Shown here: positions 30,771 to 44,322 of the stretch, piece by piece | How positions within the stretch are numbered: the first letter of the stretch is position 1 | How the letters are laid out: each line of letters begins with the position of its first letter | Source of the DNA: Lobosporangium transversale | Taxonomy: Eukaryota | Assembly (NCBI RefSeq): GCF_002105155.1 | Contig: NW_019029001.1 | Span: 372,001 to 436,000 of the forward strand | DNA: 64,000 bases | Reading direction: 5' to 3' | Notes under the pieces: generated by a model | Told to the model about the DNA's origin: nothing | What the model saw: the letters and a program-made list of their open reading frames with translations, nothing else | Databases searched by the model: none | Position numbers and translations under genes: made by a program

Positions 30771-33700
30771 GAATTCCCTTAAATACTCAAGTTGCGTAGT
30801 GGTATTTTTTTGTTAAAATTTATAATGAGGTGACGTAGTAGGCTATTTGCTAAATCCACCCTTTTCTGCCAGTTGCTTCTTCCGAATCATAATCGCCATC
30901 TAATCCTGTTCCATCGCTCATTACTATTTTATTTATGTCAGGATCGCTCTCCTGCAGACTCCATTCAGGCCCTTCTCGTGTTTCTATAGTCCATCTCCTG
31001 TCCCAGGTAACCTTTTTATTTTTTTTAAAAAAAAGAAAAAAAAAAAACGCGTAAATTCAAATTAGCCTACTTCATTTCTAACTCTCTGTCTTCCTTCTCT
31101 CTGAGATAGATAATATTAGCCGTCCACAATGGTATTTATAAATATCACGAACATGCTAGCTATTTCGATTAGCTTATAATTAATTATTTTTCTTGATGCA
31201 AATTATAGGTCCTCACCACTGATACCTTAATTTCGAGTAACGGTGAGGATGCAGCTGAAGACCTTGAGCTAGGCTCCGAATTCTACAACCATGATGAAGC
31301 TAGCGACGTTGATACGGATCCTGAAGAGCACGACTGTGATGATGGTGGAGACTATTCTTCGGATGTGTCAGATTCCGAGCCAGAAATAGTGTGGGGGCCA
31401 GTTGAACCATCCGGTGAAGACAGCACCTCTGGGAATGCTCTCGCGCCATCTGAAAATAACGTAGAAGAAGTAGAGGATATATCGAGATTGAGTCAAGATA
31501 AGGAGGCTCGTGCAATCAGTCTGGCTTCTACAATTGTGTCTGCGCAGCTACAAGAATACTCTTGGATTGAGTCGACGGTCCCAGAGGCTAAGATTAAGGA
31601 TATTGTTGATGGCCTCAGGATTAAGAAACAGGGCTACGATTATTTGCCGCACGTATTCTATGTGGACAAAAGGGACTTTGAACTGTGGAAAGACCGAGAT
31701 GGCAGCGATCACTTTTTTATTTGGAATAAAGGCAACTCTGAGATAAATGGTAGAAATGAAGACAATGAAGACTCTGAAATCACCAACGACAATGATAGCA
31801 AAGGCAAACTGCGTTCATTTCAACTTTATTTCTGCCACTGTGCAGGCGCCCCACGCAAAAAAAAGATTACTGACCAAGATCAACTACTTGAGAGGCCAGC
31901 CAAGAAAACTCGCAATGTTTATAAACCGACCAAGAAAGTAGGCTGTAAAGCCAGGCTAATTGTTCATGACGTAAAACCCGATATGGAAGAGTTCGCAAGT
32001 AGAGGAGAAAGGAACCAGCTGCGTGTGATATATTACTACAAGCACACTGGGCATACTCTTGCCAGTCTCGAGGACTTTCAGCATCTCAGAGTGACAGAAG
32101 AAACAAAATCGCGAATTCGAAACCTTGTCCGTTTAGGTCTCTGTACAAGAAAGATTCTGACAAGGATAAACCTGACTGGTAGCCAGGCATTCTCGCGACA
32201 CCAAAGAGGGTCTTTAGAGCGTGACCATGTCCTGAAGTATGAGGATGTGTACAATATTTATTATAAATATTCAAGTGGGCAGAGTCAGCTTGAAAAGAAT
32301 GACTTAGTCTCGATGAGGCTGTGGATGGACAAACTAAAGGACAAGGGCTTCACTGTATTCACACTCGCCTACCACATCATAATAGACGGAGTGAATCATG
32401 CAAGATTTGCATATGGGTTTATGTCGCCGTTCCAGAAATCAGTTTATGGATCCAATTTTAAACACATTGGGCTAGATTCAACACATGGAACAAATCGCTC
32501 TAAACACGAGCTTTACACCATAATTGTGCGGAACCCACAAAGTCTGAGTGCTATCCCAGTTGCCTTCTTGCTTACGAACGATCATAGCCATGTACCGTTG
32601 GCAAGATGGTTGACACATATCAGAGAACCATTGGCTCACCTGAATACATCACCACTGATGATGCTCGAGCAGAATATAAAGCAATCCGATTGGCGTTTGG
32701 AGACTCAGCCACAGTTCATTTATGTCTATGGCATGTTATGAAAGCTTGGAGCACCAAGCTTCGAAGTGTTATCCGTGCAACGCAAGACAAGGCTGCTAAG
32801 GAGTTGAGGAAGAAGCGATGGGAGAGCTCCGTAGAATTTTGTTTGATCCAAACCGTACGCGAGCTGAGACTCTTATTTCAGAATTCGAGTTGAAATGGCA
32901 GGATCATAATGAGGGCAAAGTCTGGAATTATTTTAGGGAACGCTACCTCAGTGAAGACCGAAGGAGAAGGTGGATGAAATGTTATCGTATGGGAAAGTTT
33001 TATGCTGGGATGGATACTAACAATTACGTCGAGTCCTGGCACAACCACCTTAAGTCGCACTTCTTACGAGGTTATACAAACTGCAGAGGAGATAGATTGA
33101 TTTATATCTTAACTCATGATGTAGATGAGTTTTACCAAATGATGGCAATGCAGACCGTGCGGCGCTATGGGCGACATTCAAAAGGCGAGAGAGATGACAT
33201 TCACCAAAGAAAATTTCTAGATGGACTAGAAGACCTTCCACAGCGCATTGTTCACGAGCAGCAAGTGGGTGACCGAACCGTTTACTGTGTGCGCTCGTTC
33301 TCCGTATCTGGCGGATATTATTTCGTGGTTGCCACGAATCAAACTATCTCAAGATGTAACTGTCAGTACTTTATGTATTCTCAGCGCCCCTGCAGACATA
33401 TGTATCTTTTGCATCAAGTTCATAAGGATAACCCAGACCCACCGCTCCACATCATACACGATGTCCTTGAGAGGGTCCCTGATAGACATGCTATGATCCA
33501 GAATTACCAAGATGGCCTGGAAGGGGATGTTAACCCAAGCATCAGTGATGCCCTGTTGGAGGTAGAGGATGCTGAAGCAGAGGAGGTTGCTGAGGCAGAG
33601 AGGATTGCTGATGCGGTTACTGAATCTTTGGAGATACTCAAAAAGGGCCTCCATGATTCAGATAGCATTGTGAGATGTCCCGACGCAGCAAGGGAGTTAA

Positions 33701-34789
33701 GTGATATGGTTGAACGGTATTTTTCTTTACAAAGAACGATAAATACATCTGGGAACCAAAAACGGCAGCGCCAATAAAAAAAATTTTTTTTACATGTATA
33801 TATTTGATTTAAAAACTATTCAATCCAATTCAATCAAAGAGAGCACAATCAAAATAGCCAATCAGAAATCAGGATTTCATTTCTTTTTTTTTTTTTACAG
33901 AACGATGAAAAAAGAAAATCCATTCTCTGTTGATGGAGAATATCTACAAGACTGAAAATCATATATTTGGTAGGGAAGACCCATCGGTACGATTTAAAAA
34001 AAAGTTGAAAAGATTCGGTTAAGTCTTCAGTAGGATACCTCCATTCAAAGAACTTGTACATCGAAAATAATCAGGATTATGATCATCTTCTTTCGTTCAA
34101 AAGTAATATTACTCTGTCAGTAATGGCGATACACATTGTAAAATATAGATTCAAGTAGCCAAAAGCTATATCTATAAGTCGTATATATGCACTCCAAGGA
34201 ACCAGCAATGCGGTTGTCAAGAAAATGGCCATTGAATTCTCTAAATAGAGTAATATCTGGAATTTATAGTCTCTCCTTCATCTTTAAACAACAAGGATTG
34301 TTATTTTTGTAAACTAAGTCGCTGTAAAAATACCACAGTTGGATTCAGCATTGACATGTCCTTTTAACCTGAAAATATGGTGAAGTTTGAAGGTTTTATC
34401 ATAGAGCTCTACTTTTTTTACTAATTTTAACGAAACATTTTTTTAGACAAGTGTCTACCAAGCTATACTTGGTTTCCAAAGTCAGTTTTTATGTCACTAC
34501 GGATACTCAATTTCTTCAGAAACTTCAATTGCTACCCTAGATCGCTTTATATTAGTGTCTTTTGTCATTATCCAAAGTTTGGTTTGGATTGAGATTCATT
34601 TGAATGACTTTTACATATGAGAACTGGTTTTCCCATATGATTATGGACTTTGAGACAGGTTAGATTGAACTTCCATGTATATTTCGGCTCACATGACCCA
34701 CATGGCCCACATGACTTGTATGGAAATAACTTTTATTTTTTATTTAAGGGCGTCTCATATTTGGCCAACTTGAGTATCTAAGGGGACTC
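30771..34789 (+). mobile_element. Mutator-like (MULE) DNA transposon with short imperfect TIRs
   Basis: Left end GAATTCCCTTAAATACTCAAGTTG; reverse complement of the right end GAGTCCCCTTAGATACTCAAGTTG. No TSD found. Confidence 0.65.
31209..33777 (+). pseudogene. MULE transposase with FAR1/WRKY-like finger and SWIM finger; two frameshifts (~32620, ~32815)
   Basis: YFCHCAG...KVGCKARL...HTGH; IGLDSTHGTN; IPVAFLL; YITTDD...VHLCLWHVMKAW; DTNNYVESWHNHLK; SWIM CNCQYFMYSQRPCRH. Confidence 0.85.
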
Positions 34790-34847
34790 CTATAAATGTA
34801 TGTGTATGTATGTGCGCCAGTTAAAGTAATATAATGGGAGCTTGCTT

Positions 34848-36295
34848 CTATAGATCGTCTGCTAGTTGAGTCAACATGGAATCACGTTCGATCGTGAGCT
34901 CTTTCAGTCGTGAAACGCTTTCTTGAATTTTTAGTTGTGCAAGCATGTAATCCTATTCAAGTTTAAATAATAAAATAATTAGTCTTTTTTGAGCTGACCA
35001 AGCTGGTAATCATTAACGTCACGCTATATACAGTGGAATCTCGATAATTGTACACTTTTGTACAAATTTCAAATTTGATATATTTCTAGGCCATTGGTTG
35101 GCTAAGAGCCTTACTCTTTTAAAAAAAAGTATTCTAAAAAACCCACACTCAACTGGAGTAGAGGAATCAGCAGAGGATTTTTAGAATAGTTTTTCATGAA
35201 TTGTGGGCTTCTTAGCCAATCAATAACCGAGAAATATAGCAAATTCGAAAATTGTACAAAAGTGTACAATTATCGAGATTCCACTGTATATTGGTATATT
35301 ACCGGAGGGATGTCCTGATAAGCAGTTAGGGTTTTCCCCTGAACTTTTAGTTGCTGCTCTAATCCATGGATCATATTTTGTTGATTCTCCAACTGAGCTA
35401 TTGTCAACCCTTGTGTCTCTACATCCACCAGACCATTCTCTCGCTGCGTATTCAATATCTGTTCCAATAATCGTATATTCTCATTGATTTGGATCCTACT
35501 CAGTTCAGTACTTCTTCTCCAGACCCTTTGCTCAATATCGCCCTTGGTTTCGCGCTGCTTTATAAGTCTCTGCTTCAACTTTAACAGTCGATCTAATCCC
35601 TGTTTGGCTTCTTGCTGATGTTCCTCAATCGTGTTCAACTGTAATTGGTTATTCTTTTGGACATGAAAGTACTTTAGTGCATCGAGATGAAGCTGGGAGA
35701 ACCCCTGTTGAAAGCTTGGTAGAGTTGTGTCCGAGATTCCCAAAAGCATAGCAAGTTCTGAAAGCCGTGAGAGGGCTTGTTGAGAGGAAGTTGGCAAACG
35801 ATCTTTGTCAAGATCAAAGATTTGAAGGTTTTCTTTCAGCCTGGTATCTTTTTTTAAGAGAAAAAGAAGAAGAAAAAATCAATATCCTGGAGATGAGTTT
35901 ATTGACGAACTACTTTTTTTTTTTTTTTTTGCTTACCTTTAGCCCTGTATTGGTTGGAAAACTGAATAAGCTCTTTCAGAACCTGATTTATATATTCATC
36001 CTGGGCTTTATTAAGCTGTAAGAGCTGAAGTAATGCTTTCGCAGCCCCTTCCGTCCGCTCGAAAGGTGGGACTTTACCAGTACTGTACTTTGTCTTTAGC
36101 CATTCGTCAATCTATTCTATGAAGAATAAATTAGTCTTGCTCTCTCTCTCTCTTATTGAATAAACAAAAAACTAATTATCAAGTAAATAAGACTTTTACC
36201 TGAATCCATGCCGCACTATGAGGTTGAGATAGTGTAGGCAATAGTTTATTCTCTTTAACGAAATGAGATGAGGACAATGGAATTGATTTGTGCAT
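34848..36295 (-). CDS. HAUS1: HAUS augmin-like complex subunit 1 homolog, 4 exons (~36295-36200, 36111-35937, 35847-35303, 34952-34848); start codon uncertain
   Basis: IDEWLKTKY..VPPFERT N-terminus, LSRLSELAMLLGISDT, coiled coil, and YQDIPP|DYMLAQLKIQE C-terminus, as I recall them for HAUS1. All introns are GT-AG and in phase. Confidence 0.72.
35031..35286. mobile_element. MITE (pogo/Tc1-mariner type) in the last HAUS1 intron
   Basis: Perfect ~35-bp TIR CAGTGGAATCTCGATAATTGTACACTTTTGTACAA, TA on both sides, whole element an imperfect palindrome. Confidence 0.92.
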
Positions 36296-36831
36296 TTCGA
36301 AATGGATGAATGCTTTTCTAATGTCGACTTGTGAAATCATATTAATGCACGTGCAGTGAGAGGGATCATGTGCACACCACATGGTCTCTCTAGTTTTTTT
36401 TAAGCTTGCTTCCAAAGAGTTCGATCTTGTCTCCCTGTTTGCTCCCCCATCCCTTTTTATTCCCTATTCCCTTTTCGCTCTTTCGCATCGTCATCCTTCT
36501 GTTTCCCCATTGACAGCCGCCGCTCGCCTTTGTGGTTGCGCATCCAGTTTCTTTCTTTTTTTTTTTTTTTTTTTTTTTTTAATAGTCTCCACTTGATCAT
36601 TCACGAAAAAAAAAAAAAGAAAAAAAAAAATTAAACGCTGTTCTGCTGCTCTACTTCACTGAGTCGTGGTCTGTTTGGGTAAAAAACGGTCGACGCCATT
36701 CCTCTCTTTATCACCCTACTCTTCTCTTTTTTCCTTCCCCATAATCTATCCCAATATTATTATTTTTTTTTTATTTTATTGTTATTTGTTTTCTGTTTCC
36801 TCTGTCCTTTATTCTTCACTGTCTGAACGCC

Positions 36832-37173
36832 ATGACGACTTGCGTAGCTGAATCAGCTTCTGTCGCAGTTCCAGTGCAGGAATTGTCAGATGAGGCTATC
36901 CGAGCTCTTCTGAGGTAATAAAATTTGTAATAGCATCAAGATTAACTTTAAAAAAGTTTAATGAAAACTGCTACTCTTTTCTTATTATCTACACTCAACT
37001 TACATGTTGTGGATGTCATGTTTATGTGTAATGCATGCGAAACAAAAACTACAACTGCAAACAGCAGGACACGCCGCCACAAGAGGAGCCGGCATGCAGG
37101 CAAGCAGTCTGGCACGTCCCCACTGCTCAGACAGGTGCTTCGTCGCTCACTCCTTGCGCATCTCAAGGCCTGA
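36832..37173 (+). CDS. Candidate two-exon 63-aa basic microprotein (36832-36914, 37065-37173)
   Basis: gccATG context, AG|GTAATA donor and CAG acceptor in phase, GC-rich exons in an AT-rich background. Confidence 0.5.
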
Positions 37174-38240
37174 TCAATATGTTTGCCTCTTGTCCTCCCC
37201 TACTTTATCTTCAATCTTTTAAAAAAGTAAAACAAAAAACAAAAAAAAAGGGATGTGAACCCACTCCTACCTACTTTAAAGCAATCCGTCCATGCACATA
37301 GCCCATTACGGTTGCATTATTTTTTATTTTTTTTTATTTTTTTTTCACCTGCGCGAGAAATTTATCTGGCTTGGACAGGCCAAGGATGTGTGCTGGCTTT
37401 GAAGAAAGAAAAAGACTAAAAAGAAAGACAGTTAAAGCGCAGTGACAGATTGGAATTCTCAAGTAAATAAATAAAATAAAGAAAAAAAAGATTATGTCAA
37501 AAAAGTACTCCAGTTACTTTGTCTTAATGTGTTTTCATGATGAGTTTTTTTTTTTTTTTTCTTTTTTTTTCTTTCTTTTTTTTTTGTTTTTGCAACAGGC
37601 GTTTGATAGAACATGGGCCTTATCTGAACACCTGAACATGTTGTTCATCAACTGTTCATCTATTTGTGTATAGAGATGTATCGCACAGGTGAATGTGTTC
37701 TCACTCCGTTCATGCCCCGTTACCATCCTCAAGGTGAGTTTGTGTGTGAAGTTTATTTTTAGGGGATAGGCGTGAAAGATTTTGAGGGCAAAAAATAAGA
37801 CACCACACAAAGAAAAAAATTAAGAACCACCCTCAAAAAATTATTTTTGGCAGAGCTATTCTTGTATTGTTGTATTACACCACCAAGAAAAAGAAAAAGT
37901 CGTAAACGAAACAATCTCCTTTCTCCTTGTCCCAATACTTCCAATACTTCCAACACTTCCAATCTATTGCCCATCCCCTTTCTTTCCAACCTCGCCTTTT
38001 TGGCGTCCCTGTCATTTTTCTATTTTTTCTGTTGGATTTGCTTTTTTGTCTTTGCCTTCTTATCGCTTTGCTTTATTTTGATTCTCTTAATATCCTCTGA
38101 CTATCACTATCGCTCATTTGATCTGAACAAAGTTCCTAGGATCCTCCCATCTACTACTTCATTACATCTTCCTTTTCATAAACATCCACATCCACATCCA
38201 CATCCAACTCTTTTAATTCCACATTTATCCTTCTGCCATC

Positions 38241-39413
38241 ATGATGGCGCAAGTATACTCCAACAATAATATTGCACTAGTTTTGCAACGTACAACTGTC
38301 TTTGCATTGCTGGCTCTACTGTGTCTGTCGAATGTCTTTGTGCAGGGACAAGGTACAAGCATTCTTCTTTTTTTTTTTTTTTTTTTTTCTTTTTTTTTTT
38401 TTCTTCCTTGTCACTCTCTTTTTCTCTCTTTATTTTTCAGTCGCATATTGTGTTATCCCGATGTTTCTTCTTATTTCATTTCATCCAAATCACACAAAAA
38501 AGGAGTTGATGCATAAAATCTTGACTGTTCCTGAAAGGTGAACACCGCTATCCTTCTTCTCTGGCTTACGATTTATATTTTACATGATATTTAGGTTCTT
38601 CCCCAGCACCTCCTTCCAACACTGCTACTGGTCCTGCCCCAACTGGAACAGGAGGTCCACCCGCTACAAATACCGCTACAGGAACTGCTTCAGGAGCACC
38701 TATTGGAACTGCAACAGGAACCGCAACAGGCCCTGCGCCATCTGCATTACCTTCCCGTACTCCTAGCGACCCAGTTTCCTCTCTCACCATGATACAACCA
38801 AAAGCCAACATGGCAAACCCGCCACTGTTCCCAATTGGTATAACTGACATCCAGTTTGCATGGGATTATGATAAATTTTTACTGCTGCCTCCAGCCAATC
38901 TGACACTTGAGGCTTTTACATCCGAGAATCCCACCAACATTGTCACCATCGGTGCAGCCATCCCAGGCAACCTCAAAAACTACACATGGACTGCAATCAA
39001 CCAAAAGAACCTTACTAATCCGATTCGAACAGGAATGTACACTCTGCGGATATTCGATGGCGCTGTTGGCCGCAACGGAGTTCTGCCCCAAGGAGGCTAC
39101 CTAAGCACATTTGCAGGTCTCCGATTTGGTCTCTACATCCCTTCTCCATACACTCCTGGTAGGGATATGAATCGTAAGTTACCTTTTTATTATTACTATT
39201 ATTATCTCTATTTATTTTATACTTCATTTATTTTACTCTAGTTACCAGATAGCTTATTTAACGTGTATTTCTTCACCTGTCTTCATTTTTTCAGCACCCA
39301 TCTGTGCCACATGTGAATTCTCCTCAGTCAAAAACGCCGCTGTTAAGACTGTTCTCCCAGCTTTACCATTGCTTTTGGCTGTAGCGCTCTCTACCATGAT
39401 GGTTCTTGCGTAA
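38241..39413 (+). CDS. Secreted Ser/Thr/Pro-rich, probably GPI-anchored protein, 3 exons (38241-38352, 38595-39173, 39295-39413)
   Basis: Signal peptide, T/G/P-rich linker, globular domain (PLFPIG..IQFAWDY..LRIFD..FGLYIP), CATC motif and hydrophobic C-terminal tail. Confidence 0.8.
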
Positions 39414-39793
39414 AATAATGTAGTAAGCTGTTGGTATAAATATACATTTTAAAGACCATTATCATTCTACTCCCATCATATCCATATTCATATTCATATT
39501 CATATATACAAATAAAAACCATTCAGTAGTGTGCACAAGCCACTTACGCGTGATTAATGTGTGGAAGTGAGTTTTCTTTTTTTTTTTTTTTTTACTTGGA
39601 TCAAATGTCCATTTAACGGTCTCTTTGATCGCAAGCCAACTCTGAGCAGGGACATTAACAGAGACAATTAGGAACCAACATATAAGGAAAAGGATCCCTT
39701 TCTCTTTGCATTCTCAGCATATTATCCAATTATACATATAAAAACTTCCTCCGCGTCACTACTTGTCATTTACACCACAGGGCACCGCTCACA

Positions 39794-40205
39794 ATGTCCC
39801 GCTTTTTTCGTGCTGGAGAGAGCGACTCTGACGACACAGAGTCCGATTACTCTGATGAGCTGACCAACTCTGAATCTGAAGACCAGTCTGATTCAGACGC
39901 TTCTGAATCTGAATCCGACTCAGACGATCAGCAAGGCAAAAAAATTGGCCGTGGTCGTTTTTTTGAGGGATCTCTCTCGGACTCTGACAGTGAGGATGAC
40001 ACAGTTCGCGTAGTCCGTTCTGCAAAAGATAAGCGATTCGAGGAGATCGAACAAGCAGTGACTGCAATGAACAATGGCCAAAAGATCAACGACTGGGTCT
40101 CTGTTCAGACTGGTAAGGATTAAATGAGATATTAAAAGGATTGAGCCATTAGAAATGGTAAGGTTGATGTAAAAGCATAAGAATAGCTTGGACAGAAGAC
40201 CAATG

Positions 40206-40237
<32 letters not shown>

Positions 40238-43099
40238 CAATAGGCCTCGTATTTACAACTACCAAGACTGTAAACAATGAAGGGAGTGGATAAAATGCCA
40301 TTAAGGATTATTATCAGGCAGTGTTGGGCATTAATTATCTTTAGTTGTAGTGATATTGATCTTTTTACGCCAGGAGAAGAAACCTTGAGGACACGCAGGC
40401 CCACTATATGAGAGGAAGGCTCGGACATCGATCCTATTGAATTAAGTAATTGTCAGCTAACTCAACTGTTGATCTAATTAATTTTACAACGATGCCTTGA
40501 TAGAGTTCGATCGTGCCAATAAGGCTTTGCAAAAGGCTGTAGGCATTATTGCACAGACGGGTGTCCCTAAATTTTATATCAAGGCTGTGGCCGAATTGGA
40601 GAAGACGGTTCAGAGCACGTTGGATAAGGAAAAGTCGGCAGCCAAGAAGATGAATGCCTCCAATGCCAAAGCTCTCAACTCGATGAAACAAAAGATCAAG
40701 AAGAACAATCGCCTGTACGAGAAGGACATCCAGGAGTACGAAAAAGATCCAGAGAACTACGATGCTGAAGAGGAAGAGGCTATTGAGATTAAACCAAAGA
40801 TCAAGAAACCAAAGAAAGTTGTTGACTCTGACTTGGAGGAGGAAGAGGGTGAGGAGGTCGACGATGGTTTTACCCCTGTGGGAGCAGGCGGAAAGACAGT
40901 CGAATTTAATCAGGAGAACTTGTTCAAGAAGTTGCGTGAAGTTGTAGATGCACGTGGAAAGAAGAACACAAACCGTGAAGAGCAAGTCCGAATCCTGGAG
41001 AGACTTCTTGTGGTTGCCAACACGCCTTACCAAAAGATTCGCGTCCTATTAAACCTGATTTCAACGCAGTTTGACTTTGCAGTTGGTCTTTCAGGATATA
41101 TGAACATTTCTCTCTGGAAGAAGTAAGTCATAAAAAAAAAAAAAAAAAAAAAAAAGTCAGTCTTATCATTATCTATAGTTCCCAAACACAATATGATACT
41201 CAAACTCGTTTATTTTCCTGGACACATCTTACTATCGTCAACAGTGCTGAGAAATATCTGAATAATCTTTTGGCCATTCTGGAATCCAACAATGACTACA
41301 TTGTCAAAGAAAATGTGCCAGAAGAGGATGATAACGACAAAGACCGCTTGCCTCAAAATGGTGAGGCTGTTTTCATTCAAGGCTCTATTGTTGCCTTTAT
41401 TGACCGTCTGGATGAGGAGTTCACAAAGTCGCTCCAGAATATCGATCCTCACACAACTGACTATGTGGATCGTCTCAAAGACGAGGTCAGCCTCTATGCT
41501 GTCATTGTTCGGTCCCTCGCATACTTCAATCGTCTTGACGCTACGGATGCAATCTGTCGCACTACTATGAGACGTCTAGAACACGTGTACTTTAAGGTGA
41601 GCTTAACGAATCTCTCTCCCTTTCTCTCTCTCTTCTCTCTATCTCATATTTCCTTCCATGCAATTATTGCTTATCGAACTTGCTTTTCAATTGTAAAACT
41701 TAGCCCAACAATGTTGTTGTTGCTGTTGAGAACGCTATTGCTTCGCTTTTGCCTGCTGACATTGTCAAGCCTTCTGAAGACGCTACCAGCTTGGTTCATG
41801 ATCTCTGTGTAGATCTTTACAAGAATGGCAGCTCACTACAAAGGACCCGCGCGATGCTTTGCCACATTTATCACCATGCACTTGAAAACCGCTTCTTCGT
41901 CGCTCGCGACATGTTCCTGATGTCACATCTGCAGGACACTATCCATCTGGCCGATATCATCACCCAGATCCTTCATAACCGCGCCATGGTTCAGTTGGGT
42001 ATGTGTGCATTCCGTGCTGGCATGATCAAAGAGGCTCACAGTTGTCTGCAAGATATTTCTGGTACGGGCCGTGTCAAGGAGTTACTAGCCCAAGGTCTTT
42101 CCCTCCAACGTCATAGTACCGCTAGCCCGGATCAAGAGAAGATTGAGCGCCAACGCCAGTTCCCCTTCCACATGCATATTAACCTCGAACTCTTGGAATG
42201 TGTTTACCTGACATGCTCTATGCTCCTCGAAATCCCCAACATTGCTTCAACAGCGATCAACCCTGAGAACCGCAAGAAGATGATCTCGAAACCCTTCCGC
42301 CGCATGCTTGACTACAACTCTCGCCAAGTCTTTTCAGGTCCTCCAGAGAATACTCGTGATCACATCATGGCTGCCTCCAAAGCACTTGCCAATGCGGAAT
42401 GGCAAAAGTCAGTCGAGTGGATTAGCGCCATCAAAATTTGGGACTTGATACCTGAGAGTAGAAAGATCAAGGAGATGCTCGGTCATAAAATTCAGGAGGA
42501 AGGCCTTCGTACGTATTTATTCAGTAACGCCAACTATTATTCATCCATCAGTCTCGAGTCTTTGGCCAAAATGTTTGACCTTTCATTGAGAACTACCACA
42601 TCGATTGTCGCCAAGATGGTGTGGATTGAGGAACTCTCAGCGAGCATTGATCAAGTTACCAATATTGTGGTCTTGCATCACTTACAATTGACTCGATTGC
42701 AGACTTTGGCTCTTGCCTTTGCAGAGAAAGCTGCTGGATTCGTGGAGAGCAATGAGAAACTGTTGGAGACCAAGACACCTCAGCAAGGAGAACGCTCAAA
42801 GAAGGGTAAGCCAAGTCAGTTCATTGTCAATATCATTGCCATTGCCATTGCCATTGTCATTGTCATTATCATTGCCATTGCCATTGCCATTGTCATTGTC
42901 ATTATCATTATCATTATCAATTTACGAGTAATAATAAAAATAACTATTGCTATTGCAAATAGGAACTAACGCAAGTAAGGAGCAAGGACCAGGAAAGCAG
43001 CAGCAACAGCGTACTATGGGCGCTCGTGGCAATACTCGCGGAGGACGTAATCAATTTAACAAAGGACTTGGAAACAGCGTGAGAGGAGGTCGCAAGTAG
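39794..43099 (+). CDS. NIP1: Eukaryotic translation initiation factor 3 subunit C, 5 exons
   Basis: MSRFF + acidic N-terminus, RVVRSAKDKRFEE, FTKSLQNIDPHTTDYVDRL, PFHMHINLELLECVYL, GPPENTRDH, and PCI domain. Confidence 0.95.
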
Positions 43100-43706
43100 T
43101 TGCCTCGAGGATATTCATCTTTTTTTACTTTTATTTTTTCTTTTTACTATCAATCTCAGTATTAGCTTTCCTCTCATAACTCTTCTCGCTCTCAACACGC
43201 GTTTGCTTTCTTTTACACGCACACACGCACACGCATACACGCATACACGTATATACACATACTCACACCCATTGCTTTCTTTGAGCATTTTCAAAAGACA
43301 TGCTCAATATGCTACGCCTGTCTTTTTATCATTTAGACTTTTATCAATTTTTATCTCTTTTTATTTATATTTATATATATTTGTTAATAGTGTATTTCCT
43401 CACTGGCAGAGATATGATGCATTATATAAAGAAGAAAAAAGGACGAAGGCGGAGGAAGCAGTTGTTGAATAAAGAATTTTTTTTCAAAGTGACGTTCTCG
43501 TGCAGTTGCAGTTGTGACGCTCATGTCTCATTCGCATGTCTACTTCCGCCCATGTATGACCTGTGCTCATCTTTTGTTTTTCATATTACATTTTAATCAA
43601 GTTTCCTCCATTTCAGTTACTACTGATTCATAACATTATAATAAAAAAGGAAACGATCAACAAAATACAAATCGAAATCAACATTAGAAATATATAATAG
43701 ACAACC

Positions 43707-44285
43707 ATGTCTGAGCGAGAGGCGCAAGAATTGGTTGCAAAGGCCGACAAGAAGGCCACATCTTCTTCATGGTTTTTCAGCTCAACATCAAAGTATGAAG
43801 AGGCAGCAGAGCTCTATACCAAAGCAGGCAATATCTACAAGATGGCCAAACGATGTAAGAAGCTCTCTCTCCTGCCACCAATGATCAGAATTCTTGAAGA
43901 GTTCACAAGCACACAAAACAGGACTTTTACTTACTCTCCAATTGTTCACCCAACAACAAAAAAAAAAAAAAAAAAAAAAAAAGGGGGATGAAATTGCAAG
44001 AAAGAAGGACCACAGCCTTTACATCACAAATCAAGAATGTTACTTACACTGGTGTTTTCTCTTTCTTTTTCTTTTTTTTTTTTTTTTTTTTTTTTTTCTT
44101 TGTTGTTATTGTTATATTGTAATTCTCGTTGAATACTGTCCGGAATTGCTTAACGATATATAGGGAAAGAATCTGGCGACACTTTTTGCAAGGCAGCCGA
44201 GATGCAACTCAAGATGGGTGAGAAGGATGAAGCCGCCAATACGTTTATCAATGCTTCCAAGTCATACAAGAAGTCGAGTCCACAA

Positions 44286-44322
<37 letters not shown>

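Noticed and set aside
42806..42962. Transmembrane-like IAIAIVIV tail on eIF3c
   Set aside because: It is a hexamer microsatellite inside a GT-AG intron; splicing gives the normal RG-rich C-terminus.
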